A DNA stretch of 40,503 nucleotides from an uncultured bacterium (lineage in GTDB: Bacteria; CSSED10-310; CAZUFC01). Shown here in pieces: positions 39,361 through 40,503 of this stretch. The stretch's first letter is position 1. Every line of letters begins with the position of its first letter. Location: assembly GCA_964619725.1 (NCBI GenBank), contig CAZUFC010000079.1, positions 1-40,503 of the forward strand. Reading direction: 5' to 3'. The notes under the pieces were generated by a model. It was not told the DNA's origin. It was given only the letters and a program-made list of their open reading frames with translations, and did not search any database. Position numbers and translations under genes: made by a program.

Positions 39361-40377
39361 TCATTGGCCGGGCTGAAGCAAACTGTAATCCTGGGTCTGG
39401 TTGAATTTTTCCAGAGTTTCCACCAGCCGTTCATCGCCCGGCCGAATAAATGAACCCCCTTCAACAGCCAGATTCTCATCAGACAATCCCACGAAAATGG
39501 AAAGCGGTTTTCCCCTTCCGTGACGCACGGCTGCAGCCACATCACGAAGATAGGGAGGAACATATTTTCCGTCTGCAAAAAATTGCTCCAACAGCGTACC
39601 CCTGGCGACGAAAGTAGGGTTCAAGTGCATATTAATCCGTATATCATACTTCGCAGAGGTTCGACTTAAATAATCAATCGCCCGCCGGACGTCTTCCTTC
39701 GCCTCTTCATCGCTCATCCCCGGAACAGGTTTCTGCATAAAATAACATTTCAGCCTGTAACCGTAAGGCGCAGCCTTTCTTACAAGCCCTTCAAACATTT
39801 CCAGAGTCAGACCTTTCCCGAACACATCATTGCGAACGCCATCGTCAAAAGCTTCAAAACCGACGGCAATTTCCAGTTGGGTAGGCGTTTCGTTTTCGGA
39901 CAATCCTCGCGATAAAAATTCAAGTTCAGCAAAATCCGCAAATTCCGCCCGAGTTTCAATAGTCAGGACATTCAGGTCAGGAAAATGAAAATTAATCATG
40001 GCTATCAGGTACATCAAAGCCGTTGAAGAAAAAGTAACCTCATCAAGAACCGAACCATTATTACTGACAATGACCTTCCGGATATCTTGACCGCAACGCA
40101 CAACATCAGGATGACGGAACACGTTATCGATCTGAGCCATTAAATCACGGTAAGATACATGATCCCGCGACATCTTGGCCGGCAGATTGCACCCCAGGCA
40201 TCGAGACCACCGGCAAGCCTGAGTATAAAAAACAATAAACAAAATCAAACCTTCATCAGACCGTTGAAACCACATGTCCGCCGGCTGTGTGGAATCATGA
40301 GTCTCATCAAACTCATAAGTCTTTCCCGCTTTCCGTGACAGCAGTTCAATCTGTTCGGCAATTTTATCAGAATTCAT
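39361..40377 (-). CDS. Radical SAM protein, RaSEA/TIGR01210-like
   Basis: 'TQACRWSRCLGC' (Cx4Cx2C), 'NNGSVLD', 'IETRAEF', 'LEIAVGFE', 'LKCYFMQKP', 'LNPTFVARGT'. Confidence 0.7.
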   Translation of the reverse strand: MNSDKIAEQIELLSRKAGKTYEFDETHDSTQPADMWFQRSDEGLILFIVFYTQACRWSRCLGCNLPAKMSRDHVSYRDLMAQIDNVFRHPDVVRCGQDIRKVIVSNNGSVLDEVTFSSTALMYLIAMINFHFPDLNVLTIETRAEFADFAELEFLSRGLSENETPTQLEIAVGFEAFDDGVRNDVFGKGLTLEMFEGLVRKAAPYGYRLKCYFMQKPVPGMSDEEAKEDVRRAIDYLSRTSAKYDIRINMHLNPTFVARGTLLEQFFADGKYVPPYLRDVAAAVRHGRGKPLSIFVGLSDENLAVEGGSFIRPGDERLVETLEKFNQTQDYSLLQPGQ

Positions 40378-40503
40378 TGAAGCATCCTTCCCTTATCTCC
40401 GCAATAGAATTGTAAACGGAATTGAAAGAGTTTTCAACGACAGCCAGGAAAGAGCTTTTTCCGCTGTGCAGGATTTTGGAGAAAAATTTTTCCAAGTATT
40501 CCA
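40367..40503 (-). CDS. 3' end of an unidentified upstream gene (partial)
   Basis: Open frame from the window edge (...EYLEKFFSKIL...REGCFNEF*) whose TGA overlaps the start of the radical SAM gene. Confidence 0.4.
   Translation of the reverse strand, partial: EYLEKFFSKILHSGKSSFLAVVENSFNSVYNSIAEIREGCFNEF

Overview
Bacterial chromosomal segment of moderate GC; a Cys-rich 4Fe-4S protein suggests an anaerobe. The centre (about 14.1-31.7 kb, minus strand) is a type III secretion (T3SS) gene cluster that mixes injectisome and flagellar traits. Injectisome-type parts: lipoprotein SctJ, inner rod SctI, a needle-like subunit flanked by two chaperone-like genes in E-F-G order, and the sctN-O-P-Q-R-S-T-U block. 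Flagellar-type parts: FliO, sigma28/FliA with a matching promoter, a FliM-FliN-like C-ring protein, and a FliG lacking its torque domain. No secretin, SctD, SctV, flagellin, hook, rod or motor gene is in the window. Unusual additions: an intact FHA domain inserted into the C-ring protein; a Ser/Thr kinase-ATPase-TPR gene directly after sctU, in frame with it and with no canonical start codon for its P-loop; an NPDE autocleavage motif in SctU; and a 1335-aa signal-less protein with six peptidoglycan-binding-like motifs. Left flank: DnaQ-like exonuclease, tRNA-Arg(UCG), degenerate C39-like protein, TPR lipoprotein, dual-FHA membrane protein, REP-like doublet, 4Fe-4S protein, and an S8 protease with a sigma54-type promoter. 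Right flank: collagen/fibre adhesin, ceramidase-like hydrolase, FG-GAP propeller protein, UvsE and a RaSEA-like radical SAM enzyme. All calls are by-eye motif recognition; no database searches were run.
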